A stretch of DNA of 64,000 nucleotides from Emiliania huxleyi CCMP1516 (Eukaryota). The translations under genes were made by a program, and so were the position numbers. The stretch spans positions 249,393 to 313,392 of the forward strand of contig NW_005201298.1 of the NCBI RefSeq assembly GCF_000372725.1, read 5' to 3'. Below are positions 1-13,665 of this stretch, in pieces; the stretch's first letter is position 1; every line of letters begins with the position of its first letter. A model generated the notes under the pieces. The model ran no database searches, had not been told where the DNA came from, and worked only from the letters and a program-made list of their open reading frames with translations.

Positions 1-1795
<1,795 letters not shown>

Positions 1796-2183
1796 CGCGC
1801 CAGACGACACGGCGCGGCTATGTTTGGAAAAAAGAATTTATGGCTTTCCGCGCTGGACAGGCGGGGCGGCTGGCCGGCGTGGGACGGGCTGGCGAGCAAG
1901 ACGCCCATTGAGTGGTACGCCGCAGAGACGGGAGGCTACGTGTTCACGGGGTGAGGCCGTGGGCCGACAGTGCCCGTGGAATGGGTTATGACGCAACCGA
2001 TCGTCCACCTTCCTAGCTGGCCAGCTCGAGACGCACCAAGTACGTCACTATGACGCGCCGCAAAGCGTCACATGGCTCGGTCGCATGGCTCGGTCGCTAA
2101 CCGTCTCGTGTGACTTCATGAATGATGCAAAACAATGTGATTACTAAGAAAGTTAGTACGAAAATGCGCGCAAAACTCACTCA

Positions 2184-3027
2184 GAGAATTTTACAACAAA
2201 ACTCCCTCGCACAACACTGGGCACGGGACTGGCGCGCACTGGCACTCAGAGATCGCATGTGGGGGGGCGGGGACTTGCTCTCATCTAGGCTCCCATCTCG
2301 ACTCCTGCTCAGTGTGCTCACCTCTGTGTCTGTCGTCCTCTGTGCGTGAGAGGGGTGTCCGTTTATTGTTTATTTATCAGGCACTCTCAGAGCCCTACGC
2401 TCGCGCTACTCTACAGTAGAAGTACGCCAGCTGTGCCGCTCGCGATGGCCGCTTACGGTTACAGCGCGCCGTGTCTTGCCCTTGCCACTCTGGTATCTGC
2501 CGGGACGCTTGCATAACGCAGCATGGAAGAGCTGAGTGCCCCAGAGGGCACTCGAGCCGTGATGCCCCATCACCGTGAAATCGTCATTTTGTGTTTCCCC
2601 TAGCTACACACATCGTTGACAGTACAATGCCATCCCGCACAAAGATATACATGCATGGACGTTGCTATCTTCAGACCTATTTTGTAGCATAAACAAAACC
2701 TCCATCACGCATTCGACTTGTCGCCGTCATAGAGATGTGAATAAGATCGCACGAGGGCCTCTTCCTTGAGGGGTGCGTAGCTCGGGAACAAGCTGCGACG
2801 AGAGCAGCGGGCAAAGCATGGAAAGAGAGCCGTCCCGAGAGAGGCCCTCACGAAAGAGGTCCTCACGAAAGAGGTCCTCACGAGTGATAATGTGGGCTGC
2901 GGCTTCTGCCCCCCTTATTATTAGCTCCCGTGGGCGCACGTTGATACCTCGTGGTGTACCTGAGTTAGTGCCAGTGCGCGCCAGTCGTGCCCGGTGTCGT
3001 GAGAGGGAGCTTTGTTGTAAAATTCTC
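2184..3027. repeat. Pair of ~60 bp inverted copies of a dispersed GAATT-starting repeat enclosing ~720 bp (possible MITE/non-autonomous element)
   Basis: 2184-2246 GAGAATTTTACAACAAAACTCCCTCGCACAACACTGGGCACGGGACTGGCGCGCACTGGCACT matches the reverse complement of about 2967-3027. No TSD seen. Confidence 0.6.
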
Positions 3028-3781
3028 CGCTCCTCCCTCCATTCTCATCAAGAGAGAGGTCCTCAAAAGCAGACTGAGGACGTCTGTGAGGACCTCTGTC
3101 TGATGTGAGGACCTCTCTCCCGCCCACTCCCCACGGCGTAGCGGCCCAGCCATCCTACTCCATCCGCTGCGCCTTAGTTTGCGCTCAGACCGAGCGGGGG
3201 TACCAATCGCGACCTCTCCCTCTCTCTCTCTCTCTCTTGCATAGCTCCCCCTAATATAGGAGCTGTTGAGAGTCAGAACTACCGTCTTGTGTTGTGCAAA
3301 GAGCGTCTCTCTGATGTTGTGCAAATGCCATTCACCCACGTGTTTGTAACATCATCTTTGTTAAAAGGAGGGATGGGAGGACGGCACGCCGCCACCATGA
3401 ACTAAAGAGTGAGTAAAAAAGTTGAGGTCCTCACATCACATCCTCACCACTAAACCGCAAACGAACGAGAGGCTTTCTCTCCTAAAAAAAAGGTATCGCA
3501 CCCCGTATGCAGACGACACGGCGCCGCGCGCGGCTAGTTTGGAAGAGAAGAACAGGCGCGTCTCACAGCACACTTTGGTGCCGTGGACCCCCTAGGAGCC
3601 GGAACCCAGCCGCCAGCCGCCAGCCGCCAGCCGCCGCGGCGCGCGCGCACGCTGTTTTGCCCCTCGACACGGGCCTCGCCACCCGCCGCCGCTCCCAGTG
3701 GCGGCACGGGCTGGTTTCTTTATTCAAGAATAGGCACGATTGTGGCACGCTCGCTCACATTCCACCGAAGCCAAGCCGTGC

Positions 3782-4627
3782 ATGCTCTTCCTTCGCCGCT
3801 TGAGCACGCTCAGCGCCGCTGCGGTGCCCGCACAGACGCTCGGCGCTGCGCTGCCGGCCTCAAAGACGCTGATCAAGGTGCTGAGGGCGGGCTCAGGGCT
3901 GGACCGCCTCGGAGGAGTAGCTTCACCAGATCTCGCTGCGTTGGCACGGCACGCCGAGCGGTTGGCTCCTGAGCTCGCGTGGGAGGCTCGGCGCTCGCTG
4001 CTGAAGTGGCTCAGGATGGTGGGGTCTGTGGACCACGTGTCGCGCCATGAGGCTCGCGACCTCGCCAACCGGGCACGTGCTCTCGAGCCGGAACTCGGCG
4101 ATGCCGTGGCAGACCTCTTTGAGGAGCTCGCCGCCGTCAAGAAGGATCTCGGGCCGAGTCGCTCGCTCGCTCGCCAGATGCTGGCGGCCGAGCAGGCGGC
4201 CAAGCACCTCGAGGCGACGATCCACGCGCACGAGGCGCACGCGCTCAACCCTGTCTCGCAGCCGTCGGACGCGGCGGCAGTGGACTACGAGCGGCTGCGC
4301 GCGAGGCTGGCCGAGGAGGAGGAGGAGGAGCACGGCGGCGGTCTCGTGGGCGCGGTGTCGCGGATCCGCGTGCGGCACCAGCAGCACGCCCGCGCGATGA
4401 AGGAGCAGGAGGGCCTGCGCGCGCTGACCGCCCTGCTGCTGGAGGAGGAGGTGGAGGAGGTCAAGGCGGCGGACGGCGACAGCCGACTGGTCGAGTTCGC
4501 GGTGGCGGACAGGGAGGCGAAGCTTCAACGGGAGCTGGCCGAGGTCGTGGAGCGGCTCGAGGCCGTCTCGCTGCGGCTGTTGGTCGAGGAGCGAGAGGAG
4601 GCGGACAACCTGGAGGCGCTGTGGTGA
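3782..4627 (+). CDS. Hypothetical coiled-coil protein with possible mitochondrial presequence
   Basis: Single ORF starting MLFLRRLSTLSAAA, strong GC3 bias, E/A/L-rich helical C-terminal half. No family recognised. Confidence 0.6.
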   Translation: MLFLRRLSTLSAAAVPAQTLGAALPASKTLIKVLRAGSGLDRLGGVASPDLAALARHAERLAPELAWEARRSLLKWLRMVGSVDHVSRHEARDLANRARALEPELGDAVADLFEELAAVKKDLGPSRSLARQMLAAEQAAKHLEATIHAHEAHALNPVSQPSDAAAVDYERLRARLAEEEEEEHGGGLVGAVSRIRVRHQQHARAMKEQEGLRALTALLLEEEVEEVKAADGDSRLVEFAVADREAKLQRELAEVVERLEAVSLRLLVEEREEADNLEALW

Positions 4628-4650
4628 CCAAGGCACCACGCGAGCGACCT

Positions 4651-4775
4651 GAAAAATAAGTAAATAATAAAATGGGCCCTCACGAGGAGATGGGTGAAAA
4701 GGTAGGAACAGGTCCCCGCCCGACCTGAGACGCGAGCGGATTGGCAGGGCTAAAGTTGTTGGCTGAGGCGGCTAG
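4651..4775 (-). mobile_element. Retroposon 3'-tail fragment (family B)
   Basis: Reverse complement reads GGGCGGGGACCTGTTCC..TTTTCACCCATCTCCT..GAGG followed by a (TTTA)-like tail, matching 42779-42841. Confidence 0.55.
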
Positions 4776-5007
4776 TTCCCCGCTGGCGCCCATGTGAGAG
4801 AGCGAGCCTACTCAGGTTGCGATATACCAAAGATAGTCCACCACGCGGTTCCGGTGTGTTAACGTTTCCGGATGAAATGATTTGAGATATCGAGCTGTAT
4901 CACAGACAGTGATCAGTGTCGAGCGTGTGAGACAACCTCACAACCAACCGTCGAGACAAGACGTGTCGAGCGAGAGTGTGAGTGTGCGCTCGCCTGCCCG
5001 CCTAGGC

Positions 5008-5751
5008 CTACATCACCATGTTGCCTGTGGCATAGTAGCGAGCGGGGCCGACCTGCGTGCACCAGAACCGGCCGCCCGTCACGCGCTCAGGGTAGCCTCT
5101 CGTCTCCTCCCACCAGCCTGGACCCGGCATTGCGCCGCCACCATCGTGGAAGAGCGTCTCCGCCTCCTGACCAAAGCAGGCTGCCACAGCCGCCGAGTCC
5201 GAGTCGGTGGGGCTGATGCAGTGCAGCGTCTGCACAGCGCCCGCCGCCGAGTCGTCTCTCAGCCGGTGCAGCAGCGCCGCATGAGGCGGTGGCGGCATGG
5301 CAGCGCCGCAGAGGACCGCAAATTTGATCCGCGGCCCTTCGCCCAGCGCAGAGCGTGCGGCGACAATCGCGGCCAAGGTCGCCCCCTGTTCGTGCCCTAC
5401 GATCCCCACCGCAGCCTGCTCGACGAGCGCTCGTTCCACAGAGGCGACCGACTTCTCGAGGCCCTTCCCGTCGTCACCCGTCCACCAGCTGCCGTCGTCT
5501 GTGCCCGCGTCGAGGGCGTGGTACTGCCAGTTGGGAGGGATGGAGGCGCCGGCATCAGCGCGGCGCGGCACGCCGGCGAGAAACCTCTTTGCGCCAGAGG
5601 CGGTCGGCGAGTTTACAAACGCGCCCGCGCTCGTGCCGGACCCGTGCAGCAGCAGCATGCGCCGGCTGCTCTCAGCGCCGATGCTCGCAGCGCCGATGCT
5701 CATCGCAGCCGCGGCATTCGCAGCGAGGCACAGCAGAAGACATCGCAGCAT
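5008..5751 (-). CDS. FSH1/DUF341-like alpha/beta serine-hydrolase-fold protein with signal peptide, catalytic residues altered
   Basis: MLLLHGSGTSAGAF, VGIVGHEQGATLAA, FAVLCG, TLHCIS and LFHDGGGAMP follow the FSH1 motif order. N-terminus MLRCLLLCLAANAAAA. Confidence 0.7.
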   Translation of the reverse strand: MLRCLLLCLAANAAAAMSIGAASIGAESSRRMLLLHGSGTSAGAFVNSPTASGAKRFLAGVPRRADAGASIPPNWQYHALDAGTDDGSWWTGDDGKGLEKSVASVERALVEQAAVGIVGHEQGATLAAIVAARSALGEGPRIKFAVLCGAAMPPPPHAALLHRLRDDSAAGAVQTLHCISPTDSDSAAVAACFGQEAETLFHDGGGAMPGPGWWEETRGYPERVTGGRFWCTQVGPARYYATGNMVM

Positions 5752-5842
5752 CGTGGGACCCCCTACCCGGGTATCGGTAGGAGCCGGAATCCTACGCCGG
5801 TTCTCGAGGTTCTCGAGGTGGATATCCTTTACGCCGGCGCCC

Positions 5843-6019
5843 GGGTTCGGACTTTTTTGCGGGGTATGGTAGCCTCCGGCTACCCACCTCGAGATCATAT
5901 CCCCCCGCCTGCTGTCAGACCCAGCCTCCCGGAGACCGGGGATGGGCGGTCAGGACCATACCCCCCCACCCTTTGGGCCGCGTGAGTACCATACCATACC
6001 CCGCAAAAAGTTGGAACCC
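5843..6019. repeat. ~28 bp inverted repeat with ~120 bp spacer
   Basis: GGGTTCGGACTTTTTTGCGGGGTATGGTA (5843-5871) versus TACCATACCCCGCAAAAAGTTGGAACCC (5992-6019). Confidence 0.7.
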
Positions 6020-6152
6020 CTCCGGGGATTTCGCAAAAAAGAATCACCGGCACGACAAAGGGCGCAGACTGCAGGCGCGGACTGGCACACACACCGGCAC
6101 ACCACCGGAGCCGCACCGTGCACAATGCCGCTCTCCCCGCATGCTAGCTCGT

Positions 6153-6380
6153 TTACCGTCTGCCACTGCCGCGCCCTTTGACCAAACTGAGCAGCCCGGG
6201 CTCCGTGTTGCCGAAGCGGACATACGCCCCCTTCCAGCCGAGCCCTCCGTCCTTGTCCGTGCTCGAAAGCGAGCTCGTGAGCTTCAGATCGGCAACAAGG
6301 CGCCTGTTCCCTTTGCCGATGTTTGCCGCCGCCACGTCAGGTTGTTTTGGGTTAGAGCCTGTCGAGGACTGGGGCTCCAC
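6153..6380 (-). mobile_element. Remnant of a restriction-like (PD..DxK) endonuclease domain of a non-LTR retrotransposon
   Basis: PDVAAANIGKGNRRLVADLK...GAYVRFGNT has PD-(x)n-D-x-K spacing. Isolated, lower GC, next to a gag remnant. Confidence 0.4.
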
Positions 6381-6845
6381 TCGAGGTCATGTTCATAGAT
6401 TCCAAAGCATTGTTAATAGCAAAGGGGGGAAAAGGTACCCTCGACCCTCGCCCTCGGCTTCCGCCGGGGCCGGACCATCGTCCACAGTACGAGTTGAGAC
6501 AACCGAACTCAGCGCTGACTCCAAAACTCTGTCACTGGGACGAACGACTACCACATACGACGCACCAAACACACGACCACCACCAGGGGAGGAGACGCCT
6601 GCCTCGCCCTGGTGTGGGGGAGGAGAGGCGCCACCACCTCTGTGAGGTGGAAACACAGAAAAACGCCGGGCTGCCCGGGCGGGGATCAGAGAAGGAGCCA
6701 CCCTGTTAAGGGCGTCGGCTCTCCCTTCATGAGCCCGGGCTGCAACGGCGCGGTGGGGCGCCTCACCGTCCCGAGCCCCGCCCGCGGCGCGTGAGTGTCA
6801 CGCGGAGCGAGCGGGGCAAGGCGGTGGGGCTAGGTCCCGCGGGCG

Positions 6846-7260
6846 TCAGTTGCCCTTCTTGACCTTCGGCAAATCGGCTTTGAAGACGGGGCAGTCAGGC
6901 TTGACGTGCCCCTCCTCGCCGCACCAGAAGCAGGTCTTGGCGCCCGACTTGCCCGACCGCTTCGCCTCCTCGGCGGCCCGCTGGGCCTCCGCCGCAGCCG
7001 CCTCCGCCTTGGTGACGCGCTTGGCGAGCTCGGCCAGCTCCTTCTTGAACGACTCGACTGACCTCTCATGCTCGCGGTAGACGTCGTCGCGAAGGATCCG
7101 GTCGAGCGGCAGCTCCGGCAGGCCGCGCCCCGGGTACTTGCGGAAAAATCGCTCGATGTAGGTGAAGAACTGCTTGCGACTTGGACGACTTCTTCACCAG
7201 CAGCGAGTGCAGGTGCGGATTCGCCTCGAGGCAGTGGTACGCGTGCAGCAGCTGCTCCAA
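6846..7260 (-). mobile_element. Gag/ORF1-like remnant with coiled coil and CCHC zinc knuckle
   Basis: Manual translation ...SFKKELAELAKRVTKAEAAAAEAQRAAEEAKRSGKSGAKT-CFWCGEEGHVKPDC-PVF...KGN*. CX2CX4HX4C motif; 5' part frameshifted. Confidence 0.7.
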
Positions 7261-7662
7261 GAGACCTCGAGAGAGCGTGCGTGTGCCAGGTGTGTCACAA
7301 AAAGATTAACAACGAAGGCGCAAAAAAAAATACTCGGGCTGTTGCCATCCCAAACTGTCACTCCCCTTTCTCCCGGCCGGGGTGGGGCGCGCGCGGGGGC
7401 GGCGGGTGTGAGGGATGTCTGTGAGCCCGAGAGCGATATGCCATGTCCGCCTTGCGTGTTTTCATAACATCGAAGGCTAAGCTCAAAAAAAAAGAATTCA
7501 TCGCTCGTCCTGGACATGGCATTCGCTCCTCCGCCACCTTTCGCCTCGGCCTCGACCGCGCTCGCATCGCGCGCCGCACCTGCATCCTCCCGCATCGGTG
7601 GAAAGCACGCGTGCTCCAGCGGCTGCGCGGCGACGCGAGCTCGGCTTGCGCGATCGCCCGCC

Positions 7663-10600
7663 ATGACGCTGGCAAACTCACTCGCTCTCACGCTGCTGGC
7701 GGTTTCCTCTTCCTCGGCGCGCCTCGTCCCGCTCGCGCTCCTTCTTCTGGCGGGTCGCTGCGAGGCCGGGGGCACGGTCTGCGACAACAACGTGCCATGC
7801 TCCGGCTGCCTACCGGCGTGTACGGCACGTCGCTGTGCGACGGCACCTACACGGGCACCTGGGTGTATCTGTCCAACCCAGGGCTGTCGCAGCTGCAGGA
7901 GCTTGACCGACGGCACGGTTATCTGTCCAACCGAGGGCTGCTGTCGGGGACGATCCCTCCGCAGCTGGGCGACATATCGCAGCTGCAGGAGCTTGATCTG
8001 GGCAGCAACTCCATCTCGGGCACCATCCCTCCGCAGACGAGCAAGCTCTCGCAGCTGAAGAATCTTAGACTGAACGACAATGACATCTCCGGCACCGTGC
8101 CGTCGCAGCTCAAGAACCTGCCGCTGACGTCCTGCGAGCTGGGCGGCACCAACCACTTTGCCTGCCCCCTGCCCGCCCTTCCCAACGTCTGCACCTCGGG
8201 AAGTATTTTCGATGTACTTGCAGGCATGACTGGCAGGACGGGGGTGGGCTCGGACTCCCTTCCTGAGTGCAACTACCCGCCGCCCTCGCCGCCCTCGCCG
8301 CGGCCCTCGCGGCCGACCTCGCCCTCACCGCCGCCCTCGCCGCCCTCGCCGCCGCCTACGCGCGACTTCTGCGGCTACGCGCCCGCGATTTGCGACGGCA
8401 CATACACCTACAATACTCTGGACCTCTCGGGCCGCGGCCTCACAGGCTCGATCCCAAAGCAGCTCGGGAGCTTCGCTTTGACTCGGATCGAGCTGGAGGG
8501 CAACGACTTTTTGTACCCAAGCGACGCGGCTAGTTTGGACGGCTTGCAAGCTGCCCTGCAGCGCTGCCGAAGCGGCGAGGCGACCTGCACCGGCGTGCCG
8601 CCAAAGTCCTGCACAGCCTTCGCAGGCCTCTGGGAAGTAAACATCAAAGACACTTTCGAGTGCGTCAATTGCGACTCCTTTCGAGAGTCTATGACTGCCG
8701 CCATCGCCGGCATCGCCGCCCTGGCATTGGTGGCGCTAGCTGCGCTCGGGTGGTTTGCAGCGCGCATTCTCCGCCACCCGACAGCGATGAAGCGGTGGGT
8801 GTCGACCGTCGCCATCTTTGTCAATCACGTGCAGATGGTGTCCCTCATCGGCTCGCTCCACCTAGAGTGGCCGCGGTCTCTCGAGATCATCATCGAGATA
8901 CTGCGGCTGCACATCATTGCTCTGCCGGACGCGAGCTGCCTCGTCTCGCCCGACGTAGTATTGACGCTCTACGCGGCCATCATGATCGCTATCATGTCGC
9001 TTATGCTGGCCCCGCTGGTTGTCAATTATGCTGCTGAGCTGGCCCTCCTCCTTTGCCAGGCGATCCTCCTCCTCCTTCACGAGGCTGGCCTATTCGTGGT
9101 CGTTTCTTTGCTGTGCGTTGCGGACTTTTGTGCGAGGGTCATGGGTCACGCGGGTTTCGACAGCTGGCGGCTGATTGCTCGTGGCTTGAGGACTGTCAAG
9201 TCAGGCATTGACAGAGCCTCAGCGAGCCTATCAGCCCACCGGCTCGCCTTGCGCCACAGCGGATTCCGCGACAGCGCCGAGCTCGTGCACAGCATCGCCT
9301 TTGCCGTCCTGCTCACCTCCAGCTGGAGCGTCATCATGGACGTCCTCTCCTTCTACATCCCCGACCCGCTCAGCCGCCGGTGGCACCCCGACACGCTGGA
9401 CTCGCATCAGGCGGTGTTTGCGTCGCTCATAGTCCTCGTCTGCGTCGAGCCCTTGCTTGCCTACCGGCTCTTTCAAAACGTGATTAGCTTCCGGCGAGGT
9501 CTCGACAGCGGCGAATGGCGCTCGCCTCCCGTCATCTCGTGCTCATGTGCGGCCCGTGAGCTAATCTTCCCTCGCCGCCTTGAGCGGCAGGTTGCTTTCC
9601 TCACGAGCCGCTTCGCCGGCCATGCCAGCAGCTGGCAGCTCACGATCTGGAGGCGTCAGCTGGTCATCTTCTCCCTCGCGGTTGGTAGCCGGGTTTCGCG
9701 GGACCATGTCGAGTCTGCAACGCTCGAGGCCGCCTTGCCGTATTGCTTCGCGTCCGCCGCCATCGCCGCCATCCTCTTCTTCTGGCACGAGCACGAGCGG
9801 GCCCAGCCGTTTGTCTACCTGTTTCAGAACGCCCTCGAGTCCTGGCTCTTTCGCTCCAACGTGCTGCTGCTCGTGCTCGCTTGCGTCTACACCGCGCTTC
9901 CCGGCGACCGGGTCGCCCACATCGTTCTCGAAATCCTCCTCGCCGCCGTTCTGCTCGGAGGCCTCGTCGCCGGCGGCGTGTACGCCGTCCGGCAGCTGCG
10001 GCGCACCAAGGAAGTGCTCGCCTCTATTGACTTCACCGCCGCGCTGGCCTCCGCGGACAGCGTTATCGACGCCATGCTGAAGGAGCGCCTTGACGATGGC
10101 TCGATCCGGCTGGTCAGCGGCAGCTGGATGCAGTCGCCGGAGGCGGACGCGAGCCTTGCACGCGACGACAGCGGAGCGGTCATCATGCGCCGTCGACAGG
10201 AGCTTCCTGAAGACGCTTTCGTCCCGTGCGATGAGGCGGTGGCGTTGCTCGAGCGAGGCGACCGGTCTATCGTAGTCCTCTCTTACGGATGGCTGACGGC
10301 GCTGCACCCGGATCCGCACGGCACCACGCTCGCCTCTGTCCGCCGCTTTCTTGAGTCTGACGCGGCCACGCAGGCGGCGAAACGAGTGTCTCCGAGGAGC
10401 CTCGAGCAGAATCCGTGGAATGTGCCTGCCACGAGCGAGGGAGCCGAGGCAAGCGATGTCGGGCTCTTTTGGGACTTTGCGAGCCTCCCTCAGAAGGGCC
10501 CAAACGGGGAGGAGAAGACCGAGGAGGAGAAGAGCATATTCGGGCGAGGCCTCAAAGTGATGGGGAACTTCTACGCGAGCGTGACCGGCACGGCGGTGAT

Positions 10601-11315
10601 CCAGCAGCGCAACATCGACCTCCCGCCAGGCGCGACCACCGGGTTCGGGCCGGGGGAGTACAACCCAACGCCGTACGAGGGCGAGGGCGGCCGCGGGTGG
10701 TGCATCTTCGAGCAGGGCGTAGCGATGACGGTGCTGGCGCACCTGACAAAGGCGAGGCAGGAGGCTGAGGCGCGAGGCAGCGCGCTGTCGGATCGCTTCC
10801 AGAGGGCGGAGTCGAGCCGCGCAAAGGTGTACGACATTAGTAGTGCGGCGGCACCAGTGGCGCGGGAGTGTGAGAGGAGGCCGCTAGAGGTGCTCGATGA
10901 GGCGTGCGCAGAGATCGCAAAGGCGCGCTTCACGGGCACGGCGGACATGGACACGGTGCCGCATATGCTGGCGGAGTTCGAGTGGACAGTGCGCAACGCC
11001 GCCTTTCAGGCGCTCGAGCAGAACCCGGCCTCGACGGGAGTCACTGTCGATCTCCAGGGTCTCCTGCCTGCGAACGCGGGGGGGCGTGGCACGCTGCTGC
11101 AGCGCAGTCTCGCTCGCGCGCGATCTCTCTCCCGAAAGCTGCCGGGGACGCGTGTCCGCCGAGGGGCCGAGAGAGGCATAGCCTGGCTGGAGATGGCTGA
11201 GGTACGCTTGAGCACTGCAAGTGCCAGCCAAGGCCGCGCAAGCAGCAAGCATGACGAGACGGCCGCACCTGATCGGCGCCGGCCGCACGTGATGGATCAG
11301 AGCTTGTACGTGTGA
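7663..11315 (+). CDS. LRR ectodomain / multi-pass membrane / cytoplasmic HET(TIR-like) domain receptor; frameshift near 7810
   Basis: Signal peptide from ATG 7663. Plant-type LRRs (LSGTIPPQLGDISQLQELDLGSNSISGTIP), Pro-rich linker, many hydrophobic segments, then VLSYGW..HPDP..LFWDFASLPQ..MGNFY..RGWCIFE. Confidence 0.8.
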
Positions 11316-11461
11316 GACCTAGGTCCTAGCGAGCGACGAGTGCCCCAGCCTCCGGAACGAGCATAAGTGCTCGCAAGCGACGAGCGAGTTTGTTTCGGGC
11401 AGTGAGCTAGAGTGCTAGTGGGTTCTTGGAACTCTCAGAAAGAAAGGAGAAGTCGGATTTT

Positions 11462-11690
11462 TCAGAAAGAGTTATTACCGGTCGCTTGGCCACTACTAAA
11501 TCTAAAGTCCGCGTCGCCGCCGCGGCTCGCCTCGCGCTCGCGAAGGGCGGCCAGCTTCGCGCGCAGCGCCGCCAGGCCGCCGCCACCCTCCCTGGACTCG
11601 GGCCCCGCCGCCGCCGCGCCAGGCTCCGAGGCCGCCGCCGTCGCCGCGTCGCCACTCGCACCTCCTCCTCCTCCTCCTCCTCCTCCGCCT

Positions 11691-11773
<83 letters not shown>

Positions 11774-12193
11774 TCCTCCGCCGCCGCCGCCGCGCGCTGC
11801 CCTCGCTGGCGCAGGCGCGTGCTGCGGCTTCTCCCAGCTCGTCTCGCCCGACTGCTCGTTCCAGTAGTACGTGCGGCCGCTCTCCTTGTCCAGCGCGGCG
11901 CGCCACGGCGAGGGGGTGTCGGGCGGAGGGCCGCGCGAGGGCGGGGAGGGGGCGCCACCGCGCGCGCTGCCGCCGCGCGCGGACGCCTCCTCGCGCGCGG
12001 CGCGGGAAGGGAGGGGAGGCAGCAGCGCGCGGCCGCGCGCGGCGAGCGACGAGGCGTTGAGAGCGCGCGGCCTGCGCCGGACCTCCGCCTGAACGACCGC
12101 CCGCTCCGCCGCTGCGCCTGCCGCCTTGCCCGCCGCCTGGCCTGCCCCCGCGTCGGCTGCCTCGTCCGTCGCACGCACCGCCGCCCAATCCAC
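11462..12193 (-). CDS. WW-domain protein with poly-Gly tract (ends uncertain)
   Basis: PSPWRAALDKESGRTYYWNEQSGETSWEKP is a canonical WW domain; (GGC)n at about 11660-11790. Confidence 0.6.
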
Positions 12194-12519
12194 CTTCCGG
12201 CCGCGTTGCGGCGCCGCCTCGCCGAGTTAGAGGCGGCTCCGACTCGGCCGCGGAGCGCCCGCCGTCCCGCCGCCTTTGGTTACCCGCGACGGCGCCGCTA
12301 TGCCGCTCGGCGGCGATCGACTGCAGAATGACACGCCGCCCATGCTGCTCGGTCCGCCGCCTCTGGCTACCCGCGATGGCTCCGCGTTGTAATCAAGTCG
12401 ATGCAAGTCAAGGCTCGCGAGCAAGCCCCCCACTTGTGCTCAGGTTCTGCCTTCTGAATGCACTCTCCCTTCCCCGCGCTTTCGCAGGTCCATCCCACAT
12501 GGGCCCCGCGGGGGAGGCG

Positions 12520-12760
12520 CCGGCGGTGGTGACAGAGGCGCAGGGCTGGCGGCTGCACCTCTCGAGTCGCAGCAGCACCGGCTACGCAGGCGTGCGCAAG
12601 CAGGAGCAGGCGTCGGGCTCGCGCGGCCGCCGACTTCCCTCTGGGCGTCGGGCCGCTTCGCGGCGTACCACACGGTGGACGGACGACGGGTCTACGACGG
12701 CTCTTCGACTCGGCGGTGGAGGCGGCGGTGGCACGCGCGGGCGGAGGGGTCGGTGGACGG
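12520..12760 (+). pseudogene. Degenerate AP2-like DNA-binding domain fragment
   Basis: EAQGWRLHLSSRSSTGYAGV...GRFAAYHTVDGRRVY..FDSAVEAAVA.R can be read only across frameshifts. Confidence 0.55.
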
Positions 12761-13350
12761 ACAGGTCGCCGCCCGCCGGGCGCGAGGTGCGCTAGACTGG
12801 GAGACCACCTCACTAAGGAGCCTGGACCCAGTTCTCATGATTGTACATGACTAGCGATGTGTTATAGTTCCTCTTGTGTAAGTAAGACGCGATCCCGCCC
12901 AAGGGGCGTCTACTTGGGTTTGTCCGCGACACATCGCGGGAGATACATGCCCAAGTCTCGCGGCACGGGGAAACCCGCAAATCCATCCCCGCCGGGGCGT
13001 AAATCGGTCCAGGGCAACCCTCGTCTCACAACGAATCTCGCCGGCCTCACCGGCCCCCACCGGCTTTCGTCGCCCATGCTCGGTCTCGACTTGAGTGCCG
13101 CTCGACTGGCCGATGAAGAGCGACCCGTACGACGCGCACTTGTCGTCCTCCCTCCTCGCCACATGACGGCCGCCCCCCGACACCGACAGTCGCGCTCCGC
13201 ACGCCTTCGAGATCAGCTGCGGCCGAGCGACGATGGGCTCCGATCGCTGGGCGCGGTCACTCTCCAGCCCATCACCCGCCTGCCGATCACCTGTCCGCCT
13301 CGCCGCGCGCGGGCCGCTCGCCTGCTCGCCACCGCCGCCACGCGTCCCCG

Positions 13351-13665
13351 CGCCGCCACGCTTCCCTGTGCACCTGACGGCGCTGCGCAGACGGCGCGCT
13401 CTGGCAGACAGAGCAGCGGCCGCCCAGGCGGTCGCTGCTCCGCCCCGTCCGAATCCGTCCGCCCGCGCGTGCTGCTGCCGCCGCCGCCGCCGCCACCGCC
13501 GCCGCGTTTCCCCGCGCCGCCACGCTTCCCCGCACCTGACCGCGCGAGCTGCGCAGGCAGACGGCGCGCTCTGGCAGACAGAGCAGCGGCCGCCCAGGCG
13601 GTCGCTGCTCCGCCCCGTCCGAGTCCGGCCGTCCGCGCGTGCTGCTGCCGCCGCCGCCGCCGCTC
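13351..13665 (+). repeat. Two direct copies of a ~150-165 bp GC-rich unit
   Basis: GCAGACGGCGCGCTCTGGCAGACAGAGCAGCGGCCGCCCAGGCGGTCGCTGCTCCGCCCCGTCCGA occurs at about 13387 and 13557. Confidence 0.85.

Noticed and set aside
7443..7662. ORF-track start of the 1290 aa protein
   Set aside because: The N-terminal part reads as non-coding frame; a proper signal peptide starts at ATG 7663 in another frame.
12800..13250. Possible LTR or transposon-coding remnant
   Set aside because: No partner repeat, terminal motif or protein signature could be identified.
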